A DNA stretch of 36,341 nt from IMG/VR virus record IMGVR_UViG_2778261216_000003. One strand, written 5' to 3'. Position 1 is the stretch's first letter. Every line of letters begins with the position of its first letter. A model generated the notes under the pieces. It did no database searches. It saw nothing but the letters and a program-made list of their open reading frames with translations, and was not told the origin of the DNA. Shown here piece by piece: positions 22,244 through 30,548 of this stretch. Made by a program: the position numbers and the translations under genes. Source of the DNA: a virus (lineage: Duplodnaviria; Heunggongvirae; Uroviricota; Caudoviricetes).

Positions 22244-22524
22244 GAGATTGTGGTGCTTTTTGTGGGAGTCATCCACTTACGCACTTTGTTTTGCCATGCC
22301 AGCAGTTAGCTTCTGCTGTAAAACTATTCATGCAGCAAACCTGCACTTCACCACAATGGTTAGCATACTTTTCCTGATTAAGATTTTGCCAAATATGCTA
22401 GCCATTGTTTCATGTATTGGACCTCCTTACTTTTTATTAAAGAGATCCAATATTCACTACTCTGTCCGTATCTCTACTCAGGCATCAGCCTTCTTCGTTA
22501 TCGTATACAGACGAGCGATGAATT

Positions 22525-22740
22525 TTAATCAGTAATGATGACATTTGCTGCTGCAGGACCTTTAGCACCACTCTCTATAGAGAAGGTAACCTTTTGACCT
22601 TCAAATAAGGTTCGATAATTATCATTCTGAATCGCAGAAAAATGCACAAACACATCTTTACTACCATCAACAGGAGAAATAAAGCCGAAACCTTTATCAG
22701 CGTTAAACCATTTTACTAAACCAGTCATTTTATTTGACAT
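22525..22740 (-). CDS. cspB: Cold shock protein CspB
   Basis: 71-aa [70 protein letters not shown]..., matching recalled E. coli CspB. Confidence 0.9.
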   Translation of the reverse strand: MSNKMTGLVKWFNADKGFGFISPVDGSKDVFVHFSAIQNDNYRTLFEGQKVTFSIESGAKGPAAANVIITD

Positions 22741-23040
22741 TCTACATTCCTTAACTTGAGCCTTTCGGCATAAATGGTTTGCATAACAGAAACGACTTCG
22801 TACTTAATTGGAGAGACTCAAAGAAGGAATAAGTGAATAACACCTGAAATGAGAACTGCTTTAGTAAACTACTTCGTATATCGTCTGTTCTTCAAACCGA
22901 CGCAATCATTAACGCATAGTTGAACATATGAAGCAATGTTTATTTTAGACATCCAGCCATCTTCAACCCCATCAAAAAACTATAGCTTTCTTCAGGAACG
23001 TGTGTATAGTGCGCCAAGTTATCAGTATTAAGGAATTTTT

Positions 23041-23253
23041 TTGTCCCGTAAAATGACAGGAATTGTCAAAACCTTTGACGGCAAAAGCGGCAAGGGTCTT
23101 ATCACCCCATCCGATGGTCGTATCGATGTCCAGCTTCATGTTTCAGCGCTCAATCTCCGCGATGCAGAAGAAATTACCACCGGATTACGCGTGGAATTTT
23201 GCCGGATAAATGGTCTGCGTGGCCCTTCAGCTGCCAATGTTTACCTTTCATGA
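23041..23253 (+). CDS. cspF: CspF/CspH-type cold-shock-domain protein
   Basis: 70-aa [40 protein letters not shown]...[21 protein letters not shown]; divergent from cspB as in Qin. Confidence 0.85.
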
Positions 23254-23545
23254 GCTATATTAAAGCTTTAATTTCAGGCCCCATCGGATCACACATGGAG
23301 AGTTTTTATGAATAACCCCGTCTGTCTTGATGACTGGTTGATTGGCTTTAAAAGCTTATGCTGTACTTTGGCCGTAATAGCTCTGCTAATAATATAATAA
23401 GCAGACTCATTGTGTTTAGGGACATTGTACTGGAAGAAAACATTTTAAACATCAGGCAAATAACCAAGTCACCAGCTAAATAATAAGTTAACAGACATGA
23501 GTCCCGGGATGAGATTCAACATTACCATTGCCCCATTTAAAGCAC

Positions 23546-23569
23546 AAAACCCGCTCATCAGCGGGTTTT
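23546..23569 (-). terminator. Bidirectional stem-loop; on the minus strand the candidate tR' terminator downstream of pR'
   Basis: AAAACCCGCtcatcaGCGGGTTTT; the minus-strand transcript would read stem then UUUUGUGCUUU; located about 40-60 nt downstream of the predicted late promoter. Confidence 0.5.
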
Positions 23570-23614
23570 CTACTTTTTCTTAACGTCGGGTATACAAAGC
23601 CCATCGTTGAAAAA

Positions 23615-23643
23615 ATTTTATCCATATTTTTTGAAAAATGCAA
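23615..23643 (-). promoter_or_regulatory. Candidate late promoter pR' (sigma-70) immediately downstream of Q
   Basis: Minus strand reads TTGCAT - 17 nt - TAAAAT, a near-consensus -35/-10 pair, about 30 nt after the Q stop codon. Confidence 0.5.
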
Positions 23644-23674
23644 ACATCATGTCGCCATCTTCAGCAAAAATCAT

Positions 23675-24427
23675 TTATCTCGTCACCTTCCTCAATTGCG
23701 CTTCCGCGTATGCTTCTTCCTGCCAGCACTTTGTTACCAGTTTATCAATGACGTCCGCATACCCCTTATACCACTGATAATCGGTCAGGTCTGGTACCAG
23801 CTTCTGGACATGACGTCGTGCCAGCGTGGTCGGTAAACGACTAAATCGGTTTCCATTACAACGCCCACAAATCTTATATACCGGTACGCCATGAAACCGG
23901 GTTCTTTTTTCATCCAGAACAATCCCTTTACCCTTACACCCTCTGCACGCTGTGCTGACTTCGCCCTTACCATGGCAATGCTGACATAGTTCCTTCACCC
24001 ATTCTTCCTTGATTACAGATTCCCCGCGTCTGTAGTGTTTCACCACTTCGCGCAATACATTATAAAATCCCGTACCTGAACAATGCTCACAGCGAGCCTT
24101 ACTTGCCGCAGACCTGGAGTAATCAGCAAAGGCAAAATTCACAAGGTAAGGAATAATCTGTAACCGGATTTCTTCACTCAATTTGTTCAATGTCGGGTTA
24201 TCCAGTGCCATCGCGTAATTTAGCAGGCCTTCAATCGCAAACTGAGGGTCCTGAACACCAACTTTTGCCAGAAATAAGGCCAACCCAAGTGGTGCTTTCG
24301 ACTGCACCATCCCCTGCGCTGCCATTACATCCGTAATTGTTAAACAACCGGTGCCTGTCGCTGGAGCGTCATCGCTCAATTTTGGAGATTTTGGGGAGTA
24401 ATATTTTGGTAAGGCTTCAAGGTTCAT
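23675..24427 (-). CDS. Late-gene antitermination protein Q (QuuQ-type, 250 aa)
   Basis: 250-aa ORF with Cys-rich zinc-binding clusters (CEHCSGTG, CQHCHGKG, CRGCKGKG, CGRCNGN), directly upstream of the pR'/tR' pair. Confidence 0.82.
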   Translation of the reverse strand: MNLEALPKYYSPKSPKLSDDAPATGTGCLTITDVMAAQGMVQSKAPLGLALFLAKVGVQDPQFAIEGLLNYAMALDNPTLNKLSEEIRLQIIPYLVNFAFADYSRSAASKARCEHCSGTGFYNVLREVVKHYRRGESVIKEEWVKELCQHCHGKGEVSTACRGCKGKGIVLDEKRTRFHGVPVYKICGRCNGNRFSRLPTTLARRHVQKLVPDLTDYQWYKGYADVIDKLVTKCWQEEAYAEAQLRKVTR

Positions 24428-24440
24428 GCTCGTTCTCCAC

Positions 24441-25529
24441 TTACGCCAGTACGCCAGTTGCCAGCGCGCGATCGATAAAACGAAATATCAGCTCCAGTTG
24501 GGAGCCATACTTCTCTTCAAATGCCACTGTATCCGTATGCAGCTCGTTGTGATGCTTTCTGCACAAAGGCAACACAAAGAGATCATGTGCTTTTGTTCCC
24601 ATTCCGCCCTGCCCGTGACCAATCAGATGATGCGGATCGTCGGCTGGCATACCGCAGCAAGCACACGGCTGTGTCTTAACCCAACGAGTGTATTTCTCCT
24701 TAACCCAGCGGCGACGTTTAGGCAGCTTCATGAAAGATTCCGGAGACTCTGGATCAACGGTGATGCTTACCACCGTCTTTTCCTGTGGTGGTTTTTGTTG
24801 CTGGTGGGCGTAAGGCAACGGTGCAAGATTTTCTGTGCGTTGTTTCAATATGCTGGTGGCGGTCTGCTCTCCCTGTACGATGTCGCTTTCGCGGTACACC
24901 GAGCAGATTTTTTCCGCTGGTAATCCCAGCGAACGACGCGATACAGCCTCAGGTAGTGCATCCACCACCTGATTGCAGACCGCCCACCAGGATAATTCAG
25001 CCAAAGATAATTCCCGCTCCTGCGTACCGCTTATTGCGTGACGGATGACGTCAATCACCCATGCTGTCAGATTTTGTTGAGCAAGCAGCTCCAGTGATTC
25101 CGATGTCTGGTCACGCAGTTGGTTGTCGCAGTGCCAGCACAACACCATTGCGCCGGTACCATAACGGTGAATGACTGTTTCAGTGTGATGGTAATCGCCA
25201 TTAGGCCACTGGCAGGATGTAACATGACGTAATAGCCAGTCAGACAATGCGCCAACGCCGCCAGTAGCACGAATCACCCGTTCGTTACTAAAAAACGGCA
25301 GCAATGTTTTGTCTTCTGCCAGCGGCTGGCGAACGGCAGGAACGACTCCGGATGGCAGATTTCGCATGCTTTTTGGTTCCGGTTCCACCAGCACTCGAGG
25401 ATTATGAAATATCTGTATGGATTCACGGCCCGGCTTAAGGACCACCAGCCCAAGCTCAGGCACCAGAACAGGTCTAAGTAATACCCGCACGTTACCTCCA
25501 GATCCGTTGCTGGAAAGTGCGGGACGCAC
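24441..25529 (-). CDS. DUF968-type protein with C-terminal HNH-like nuclease motif (YdfU-like)
   Basis: C-terminal region CACCGMPADDPHHLIGHGQGGMGTKAHDLFVLPLCRKHHNELH is an HNH-type metal-binding motif. The N-terminal boundary is uncertain: a GTG near 25490 would give a product of about 349 aa abutting the upstream ORF stop. Confidence 0.65.
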   Translation of the reverse strand: MRPALSSNGSGGNVRVLLRPVLVPELGLVVLKPGRESIQIFHNPRVLVEPEPKSMRNLPSGVVPAVRQPLAEDKTLLPFFSNERVIRATGGVGALSDWLLRHVTSCQWPNGDYHHTETVIHRYGTGAMVLCWHCDNQLRDQTSESLELLAQQNLTAWVIDVIRHAISGTQERELSLAELSWWAVCNQVVDALPEAVSRRSLGLPAEKICSVYRESDIVQGEQTATSILKQRTENLAPLPYAHQQQKPPQEKTVVSITVDPESPESFMKLPKRRRWVKEKYTRWVKTQPCACCGMPADDPHHLIGHGQGGMGTKAHDLFVLPLCRKHHNELHTDTVAFEEKYGSQLELIFRFIDRALATGVLA

Positions 25530-25770
25530 GTGGTGGGCGTTCGGAATAAGGCAGCCTGACAGAGATTATCCAGTGCCGATAGTCGAGACTGAGAGCTTTC
25601 TTAACCTCGAACCCGCGCCTGCGGTAAGAATGAATCAGCCATTCGGCCTGTTCTGCAGTGCATGGAGGGTGCTGGAACCATTCAGACTTGAATGCGTGAG
25701 AATACCGCCCGTGCGTGCAGGCAAGAACGGGCGAATTATCAGAATTGTAATATTTTACGTTGCGTGCCAT
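25492..25770 (-). CDS. Hypothetical protein (92 aa)
   Basis: ORF between the Rem-like gene and the DUF968 gene in the early-right operon; no family recognised. Confidence 0.4.
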   Translation of the reverse strand: MARNVKYYNSDNSPVLACTHGRYSHAFKSEWFQHPPCTAEQAEWLIHSYRRRGFEVKKALSLDYRHWIISVRLPYSERPPRASRTFQQRIWR

Positions 25771-25836
25771 CGGTTTTCTCCGGTGGCACGGTGTTACTCA
25801 GCGGGAGTTCAGCCCCGCGCAAGATTGTAGATGAGT

Positions 25837-26088
25837 TTATTCTTCTGCAAAAGCAGAAAAGCCAGCTTTTATTCCGATCTCTTTCAATGCCTGTAATGAA
25901 GTGACAAACTCACCTTCGCGCAAGATAAATCCGTCCGTGACCCGAGCATCCACAAAATTAATTAACGCAGCCCCATTCTTTCGCAAACACATAATGCGGT
26001 AATGACTAACAAGATTTCCATTTTCAACGCACACAGCATAGAGGCCATCTTCACAAAAAATTTTACGCAGTTCTTCGATGTTCATCAT
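25837..26088 (-). CDS. Rem-like small protein (83 aa)
   Basis: 83-aa ORF MMNIEELRKIFCEDGLYAVCVENGNLV...; same size and position as rem of Qin (adjacent to hokD). Assignment from synteny and size. Confidence 0.45.
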   Translation of the reverse strand: MMNIEELRKIFCEDGLYAVCVENGNLVSHYRIMCLRKNGAALINFVDARVTDGFILREGEFVTSLQALKEIGIKAGFSAFAEE

Positions 26089-26218
26089 CAGAATCCTTCC
26101 GGATAATTAGCTCTCCCCTTTAAGGGACCATCCCTCTTATCCCTGCGCGCTACTTAAGTATTTTTGATTCTATTCCGGCACCGTCCAGATCTTCAAACGC
26201 GTTGAAAATAAAAACAAA

Positions 26219-26236
26219 AACCCGCCGAAGCGGGTT
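26219..26236 (-). terminator. Rho-independent terminator downstream of hokD
   Basis: AACCCGCcgaaGCGGGTT; the minus-strand transcript ends stem + UUUGUUUUUAUUUU. A second perfect 9-bp hairpin GGCGAGGGA-TTTC-TCCCTCGCC at 26276-26297 sits between hok and this terminator (candidate fold-back element of the hok mRNA). Confidence 0.55.
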
Positions 26237-26304
26237 AAGTGCGGGTGCGTTGAGGATGCCTGCCACATCAGAGGTGGCGAGGGATTTCTCCCTCGCCGGG
26301 TCTC

Positions 26305-26460
26305 TTACTCCTCAGGTTCGTAAGCTGTGAAGACAGCGACCTCCGTCTGGCCGGTTCGGATTCGTACCTCGCAGAGGTCTTTCCTCGTTACCAGTGCCGT
26401 CACTATGACGGTTAAACAGATGACGATCAGGGCGATTAACATCGCCTTTTGCTGCTTCAT
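26305..26460 (-). CDS. hokD: Hok-family type I toxin (HokD/RelF-type, 51 aa)
   Basis: From the ATG at 26460: MKQQKAMLIALIVICLTVIVTALVTRKDLCEVRIRTGQTEVAVFTAYEPEE, a single-TM Hok peptide. Confidence 0.88.
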   Translation of the reverse strand: MKQQKAMLIALIVICLTVIVTALVTRKDLCEVRIRTGQTEVAVFTAYEPEE

Positions 26461-26517
26461 AGCCTGCTTCTCCTTGCCTTTCGGCTCGTAAGAGGCTAAC
26501 CTACATGTGTCTAGCAT
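26305..26517 (-). CDS. Mok-like in-frame upstream extension of hok (70 aa)
   Basis: The ORF starting at 26517 (MLDTCRLASYEPKGKEKQA...) continues in frame into hok, as mokC does for hokC in K-12. Confidence 0.45.
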   Translation of the reverse strand: MLDTCRLASYEPKGKEKQAMKQQKAMLIALIVICLTVIVTALVTRKDLCEVRIRTGQTEVAVFTAYEPEE

Positions 26518-27134
26518 GAAATTGGCCTCAGATTAATGTTAAGCGTCTTGCAGGACGCGTAATGTTAACTGGGGCTTTTCTCTATCTGCCTTTGGTGTTC
26601 ATGCCCGAGGCAGATAGCCTCAAGCACCCGCAGCCATTCTACTTAACTACCGTTACCTCGCCAATATGAAATCAGTCAGAAAGGCGATCCATAAGAACAA
26701 TAGCAAGACAATAAATCGCCATTACAGCCGTAATAGCCAGCGCACATTTGAGAACCAGCACCACAACCTCCTGTATTGGACGTAGACCAGTCCTGATGAA
26801 TATGAGGCTGTCTCGTCAGTGATTCAATACAACTATTGGGTATAGTTTCTCTGATTTTTTCTGTGGAAATGGGGCACAACCACTAGTCACCACCAGCACT
26901 TCTTTTAATACGCAAAGTCCGACACAAGCTAACCTTCTAGTCCGCTTTGAGCGAAAAACAGCCATAATTTAGTGCCACGTATATAATGATAGAGCTATTC
27001 AAGCTAGCAATTCACATGTAAAAATTCAGAGGGTAGAAGCACATAGTTATAAATGTTGGCTCCATCGACAAATTGCGGTCTCAAGTACATTTATTAATGT
27101 TGCCCCCGCATTAACAAATCATCAAGGTGACGAC

Positions 27135-28922
27135 ATGGACGATATTAATATCAGCCTCGATGAACTTAACACTATTGATTTATCCCCCTTAATCCAGAGT
27201 AAGCTGCCAGTTACCTGCTTTGATATCACAAAGTATCTTTCTAGCCTAGGTGATGGAAGAGCGGAGATAAGACTGCTAACCCATATTTGCGGTTTTCACT
27301 TTCGTCCCGAAAATCCACAGGTACCATTTGGTCCGTGCTTTCAAAGCAGCCAAGGTAGATCTGCAATTCCGGATGACATTAACGGGTTGTCGCTGGAGGT
27401 ACTTTCTCAATTTTGCCCGACGATAGAGCTACCCGAACTTCAAGCTCGTATTGCTGATACACTTTGGGTTCGTAAAATTGGTGGAATCCGTTTTCCTTTG
27501 CTGGCAGTCCGTGCTTATTATGCGTCCAGTATAGCTATTATGACATCGCAAGGGACGTGGGTTAGTGCTTTAGAACGCCTAGAGCGTGCGCTTAGGCTGT
27601 GTTGTTTTTTTCGAAAGAATACTGATTTCAGGGATGAATTTGATCAGCTTTCGGCACATCTACTAGCAGAGTATGAACGTACCAGAGAACAAGGCGATTC
27701 ACCTTATCCGCTGCGACTCCTGCAACTCGATATCGACTGTAAAGTGAGTGAGCCATCTTTTATTGCCCAGGAACTCCTGTTTCTGACAAAAAACTATCTG
27801 GCTCAAAAATTATTTTCATTTGCCGTCGATGCCTGTAAAACCGCAATCACGATTGCGAATAGGTGCTGTGACAGAGATACACAGTTTGAATTCTGGCGGC
27901 TTCTTGCCGATACACATCTGGAAGAGTCAAAATTCCAAGATGGCGGTATGATTTCGGCAGCCTGCATGCAGAATGCTATTGAAGCACTGGCTAATATTCC
28001 AGGAACCCGAATAGAACGTCTTGCGCTGTATGAAGAAATGCGTGATTACCAAATCGAATCCCGTCACCAGATGTCTATCCTTCAGTCTCCCCCTCAAGAT
28101 ATTAGTGAGATTGTCCATCAAGCCAAGAGTCGGGTAGTCGGAAGAGATATGTTTGATATGGTTTTCAGACTTGCGATGCTGGTCTGTCGGCCAACCAGCA
28201 TTGAGAGACTTAAGGCTCAAGCAATAGAACAAAAGGCCAACAGCATAGCTTGGATGTTTGGATCAACACATATTGATCATGAGGGAATGACACTTGCTCG
28301 CATACCCGCAGGATTGGGGATTGATGATGCAAATGGGGCAGTTATTTGGCCCATAATGATGACGAGAATGCGTATCGACCATGAGTTGGCAGTAGCTGGG
28401 CAAATTATTCCTGCTACAGATGAGATCACAATGAAATATCCAATCTCGGAGGCGTTTTTTCGCGATATGTTCATCAATCATCCCTTCATCCCGTTTGGGC
28501 ATGAAGAGTTTTTCATCAAGGGTATGGTTTGCGGTTTCAATGGAGATTTTATGACGGCATGCCACGTGTTGATTCCCCAGATCGAAAATAGTCTGAGATA
28601 TGTGGCTAAAATTAAAGGTGAGGAACCATCGCAGCTTCACGGGGACGGTTCGCAAGAGCGAAATGGACTCAAGGGATTACTAGATAATCCACTGATTATT
28701 GAAGCTTTCGGCGTAGACATAATTGGCAATCTTCAGGCCTTACTGGTAGATAAAATCTATGGTGATTTACGAAATCAACTAGCTCACGGATATGTGCCTG
28801 CCGGTTACTACAATCAACCTCCCTGCATTTTTGCATGGTGGCTTGTATTGCACATTCTAATGAACCCTACGGCGAGATACTGGCAAGCCACTTATGGCCA
28901 AGAGAGTGAGGCTCAGACTTAA
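27135..28922 (+). CDS. Large hypothetical protein (595 aa) with C-terminal HEPN-like R-x4-H-G motif; candidate anti-phage defense / abortive-infection moron
   Basis: Long uninterrupted ORF with AAGGTGA Shine-Dalgarno; opposite strand to all flanking prophage genes; visibly more AT-rich than neighbours; C-terminus contains DKIYGDLRNQLAHGYV (R546-x4-H551-G); no Walker A motif; a palindrome TTAATG-n9-CATTAA lies just upstream. Confidence 0.75.
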   Translation: MDDINISLDELNTIDLSPLIQSKLPVTCFDITKYLSSLGDGRAEIRLLTHICGFHFRPENPQVPFGPCFQSSQGRSAIPDDINGLSLEVLSQFCPTIELPELQARIADTLWVRKIGGIRFPLLAVRAYYASSIAIMTSQGTWVSALERLERALRLCCFFRKNTDFRDEFDQLSAHLLAEYERTREQGDSPYPLRLLQLDIDCKVSEPSFIAQELLFLTKNYLAQKLFSFAVDACKTAITIANRCCDRDTQFEFWRLLADTHLEESKFQDGGMISAACMQNAIEALANIPGTRIERLALYEEMRDYQIESRHQMSILQSPPQDISEIVHQAKSRVVGRDMFDMVFRLAMLVCRPTSIERLKAQAIEQKANSIAWMFGSTHIDHEGMTLARIPAGLGIDDANGAVIWPIMMTRMRIDHELAVAGQIIPATDEITMKYPISEAFFRDMFINHPFIPFGHEEFFIKGMVCGFNGDFMTACHVLIPQIENSLRYVAKIKGEEPSQLHGDGSQERNGLKGLLDNPLIIEAFGVDIIGNLQALLVDKIYGDLRNQLAHGYVPAGYYNQPPCIFAWWLVLHILMNPTARYWQATYGQESEAQT

Positions 28923-29140
28923 AGTGAATAAGTTTACGAAGTTGGCACTTCCGGATGCATGTCCATATGAGTTGAGGCGATTTGGTTAATAAGGTTGAGT
29001 GCTGCTGAAATTATTCGATGTCCGCTTTTGGCACAAAGCGGACAACCACGCCAGATCTACCCTGTGCCATGAAAAATGAGAATGTCAATTCACTCCTGAA
29101 CTAATGCTTTTTAATCTAGTAACGTCTAAAATACCTAACA

Positions 29141-29542
29141 TTATCCCTGATAAAATGCCAGTATGCGCTGCATAACTTCACTCATCCGGCACTCGCGACA
29201 GATTATGTTTAGGCGACTGTCGTAGCGACGTATTTCTCCATCAGGTAACGACCAGATAAGGTCCGGATCAACCACAGCTGTTTTCTTCACCTTTGCCCTC
29301 GAGAGTTTTTTGCGGGCGTTTTGCCAGTCCTTACGCGCCTGTTCAGACGGGAATAACCCGTAGCCGGAGTTGTATACATCGCCACTGGCTACCAGCTCTC
29401 TGGCAAGAACGCTCATCAGATATCTAGTCGCACCTGTTTTAGCTTCCAGTTGCCGTAACGTCTCACGACCGCTCTGGCGCACGAGTTCCACCACCTGCCC
29501 TTTAATTTTTTCCCGCTCTTCTTGTGTAAAAACTTTTGCCAC
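29141..29542 (-). CDS. Hypothetical protein with putative HTH/winged-helix region (133 aa)
   Basis: ORF immediately downstream of the O-like replication gene; the segment ETLRQLEAKTGATRYLMSVLAREL looks HTH-like; no family recognised. Confidence 0.55.
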   Translation of the reverse strand: MAKVFTQEEREKIKGQVVELVRQSGRETLRQLEAKTGATRYLMSVLARELVASGDVYNSGYGLFPSEQARKDWQNARKKLSRAKVKKTAVVDPDLIWSLPDGEIRRYDSRLNIICRECRMSEVMQRILAFYQG

Positions 29543-29582
29543 AAGTCCCCCTTAAAATTACCTCATGACCTGAAATCAAAAC

Positions 29583-30548
29583 TTATCCTCTGAAACCAGG
29601 CGGAATTTCTGTATCCGGTTCAGAAATATGATTAACACAACGCTGTACAGGTGAACGCCCCAGGCGGATGACCAGTTCGTCCCATTTTTCGCGGAGCTTT
29701 GACGGGCTCATGATGTTTTTTACCCAGAATGGATCCCGCTGTACCCGACCAAACATTTCACAAATTTGTCTGTGGCTTCTGCCATCCAGCATCCGCATTG
29801 TGCGCACATCATTGGCCCAGACAGTCCAGTTAGGCTCTTTTGGTCGCATGATCTCGCCATCATCACTGGCGGCCTGTTCGTAGAGACCCACGATCCGCCC
29901 CCATATCCACTGCGCACACGCCAGATCCTCCTGGCTACCCCACTGGCGTTTTTTCGCACTAAACACAACTGCGCCAGGGTGCCGGATTAAAAAATCCTGT
30001 TCAGCCGTCTGCGGGTCCGGTTGCGAAGCTTCCGGACGAAAAGTGTTTTTATTCTCTGTAGTAATCTCTGTTGTATTCTCTGTAGGATCATCGGGCCATT
30101 TTGACCCGATGACATTGGGTCGTTTTGAACCAATGGAGCGTTTCATTTTGACCTCTTCCATCGTGTCATTTTGACCTGATGGAGCGGCGCATTTTGAACC
30201 GATGGATTCGCTCAATTTGCCATCATCTAAAAGCTCGCTTCCATAGTTAATCGTGTAGAAATTGGTCATATCGCGCTTTGATTTATTGAGCTTTTCACAA
30301 CGCAAAAGCCCCAGCGTTTTCAGACTTGCAAACGCGCGCTTTAACGTTGACTCTGACCAGAATGGGAACTGTTCCAGCCATTGTTCCGTTGTGTTGTAAA
30401 TCCAGCGAACACCATCACATTCCATGCCGGAATTGGTATCTCTCAACCAGTAATGCAACTGCTGCAACACAATGGCTTCATTTAAGCCAATCTTCATCGC
30501 AAGCTGTGTGTTTATAACCAGTGGGCGTTCAGCAAAAAGAAGGCTCAT
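29583..30548 (-). CDS. Replication initiator (lambda O-like replisome organizer) containing the origin iterons
   Basis: N-terminal HTH-type region (MSLLFAERPLVINTQLAMKIGLNEAIVLQQLHYWL); the coding sequence contains five direct repeats with 23-bp spacing that translate to the repeated SIGSK motif, as lambda O contains ori-lambda. Start is taken at the ATG at 30548 (the track ORF starts at 30602). Confidence 0.75.
   Translation of the reverse strand: MSLLFAERPLVINTQLAMKIGLNEAIVLQQLHYWLRDTNSGMECDGVRWIYNTTEQWLEQFPFWSESTLKRAFASLKTLGLLRCEKLNKSKRDMTNFYTINYGSELLDDGKLSESIGSKCAAPSGQNDTMEEVKMKRSIGSKRPNVIGSKWPDDPTENTTEITTENKNTFRPEASQPDPQTAEQDFLIRHPGAVVFSAKKRQWGSQEDLACAQWIWGRIVGLYEQAASDDGEIMRPKEPNWTVWANDVRTMRMLDGRSHRQICEMFGRVQRDPFWVKNIMSPSKLREKWDELVIRLGRSPVQRCVNHISEPDTEIPPGFRG
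30098..30212. repeat. Origin of replication iterons: five copies of C(A/G)TTTTGA(A)CC at 23-bp period, flanked by an AT-rich segment with TTCTCTGTAG x2 (about 30040-30090)
   Basis: Repeat cores start at about 30098, 30121, 30144, 30167 and 30190. The first two units are internally palindromic (TCATCGGG...CCCGATGA; CATTGG...CCAATG). Confidence 0.6.

Noticed and set aside
22242-22535. 97-aa plus-strand ORF between the terminator and cspB
   Set aside because: Lies in the 3' region downstream of cspB on the opposite strand, with no ribosome-binding site and odd Cys/Phe-rich composition; more likely UTR. It could hide a small RNA but I see no clear structure.
24426-25048. Plus-strand ORFs 24426-24923 and 24785-25048
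   Set aside because: Antisense to the DUF968/HNH gene.
26676-26879. 67-aa Cys/Gly-rich minus-strand ORF upstream of the hok leader
   Set aside because: Starts at a non-ATG codon, has no Shine-Dalgarno, and sits in the AT-rich promoter region of the 595-aa gene. A microcin-like peptide cannot be fully excluded, but support is weak.
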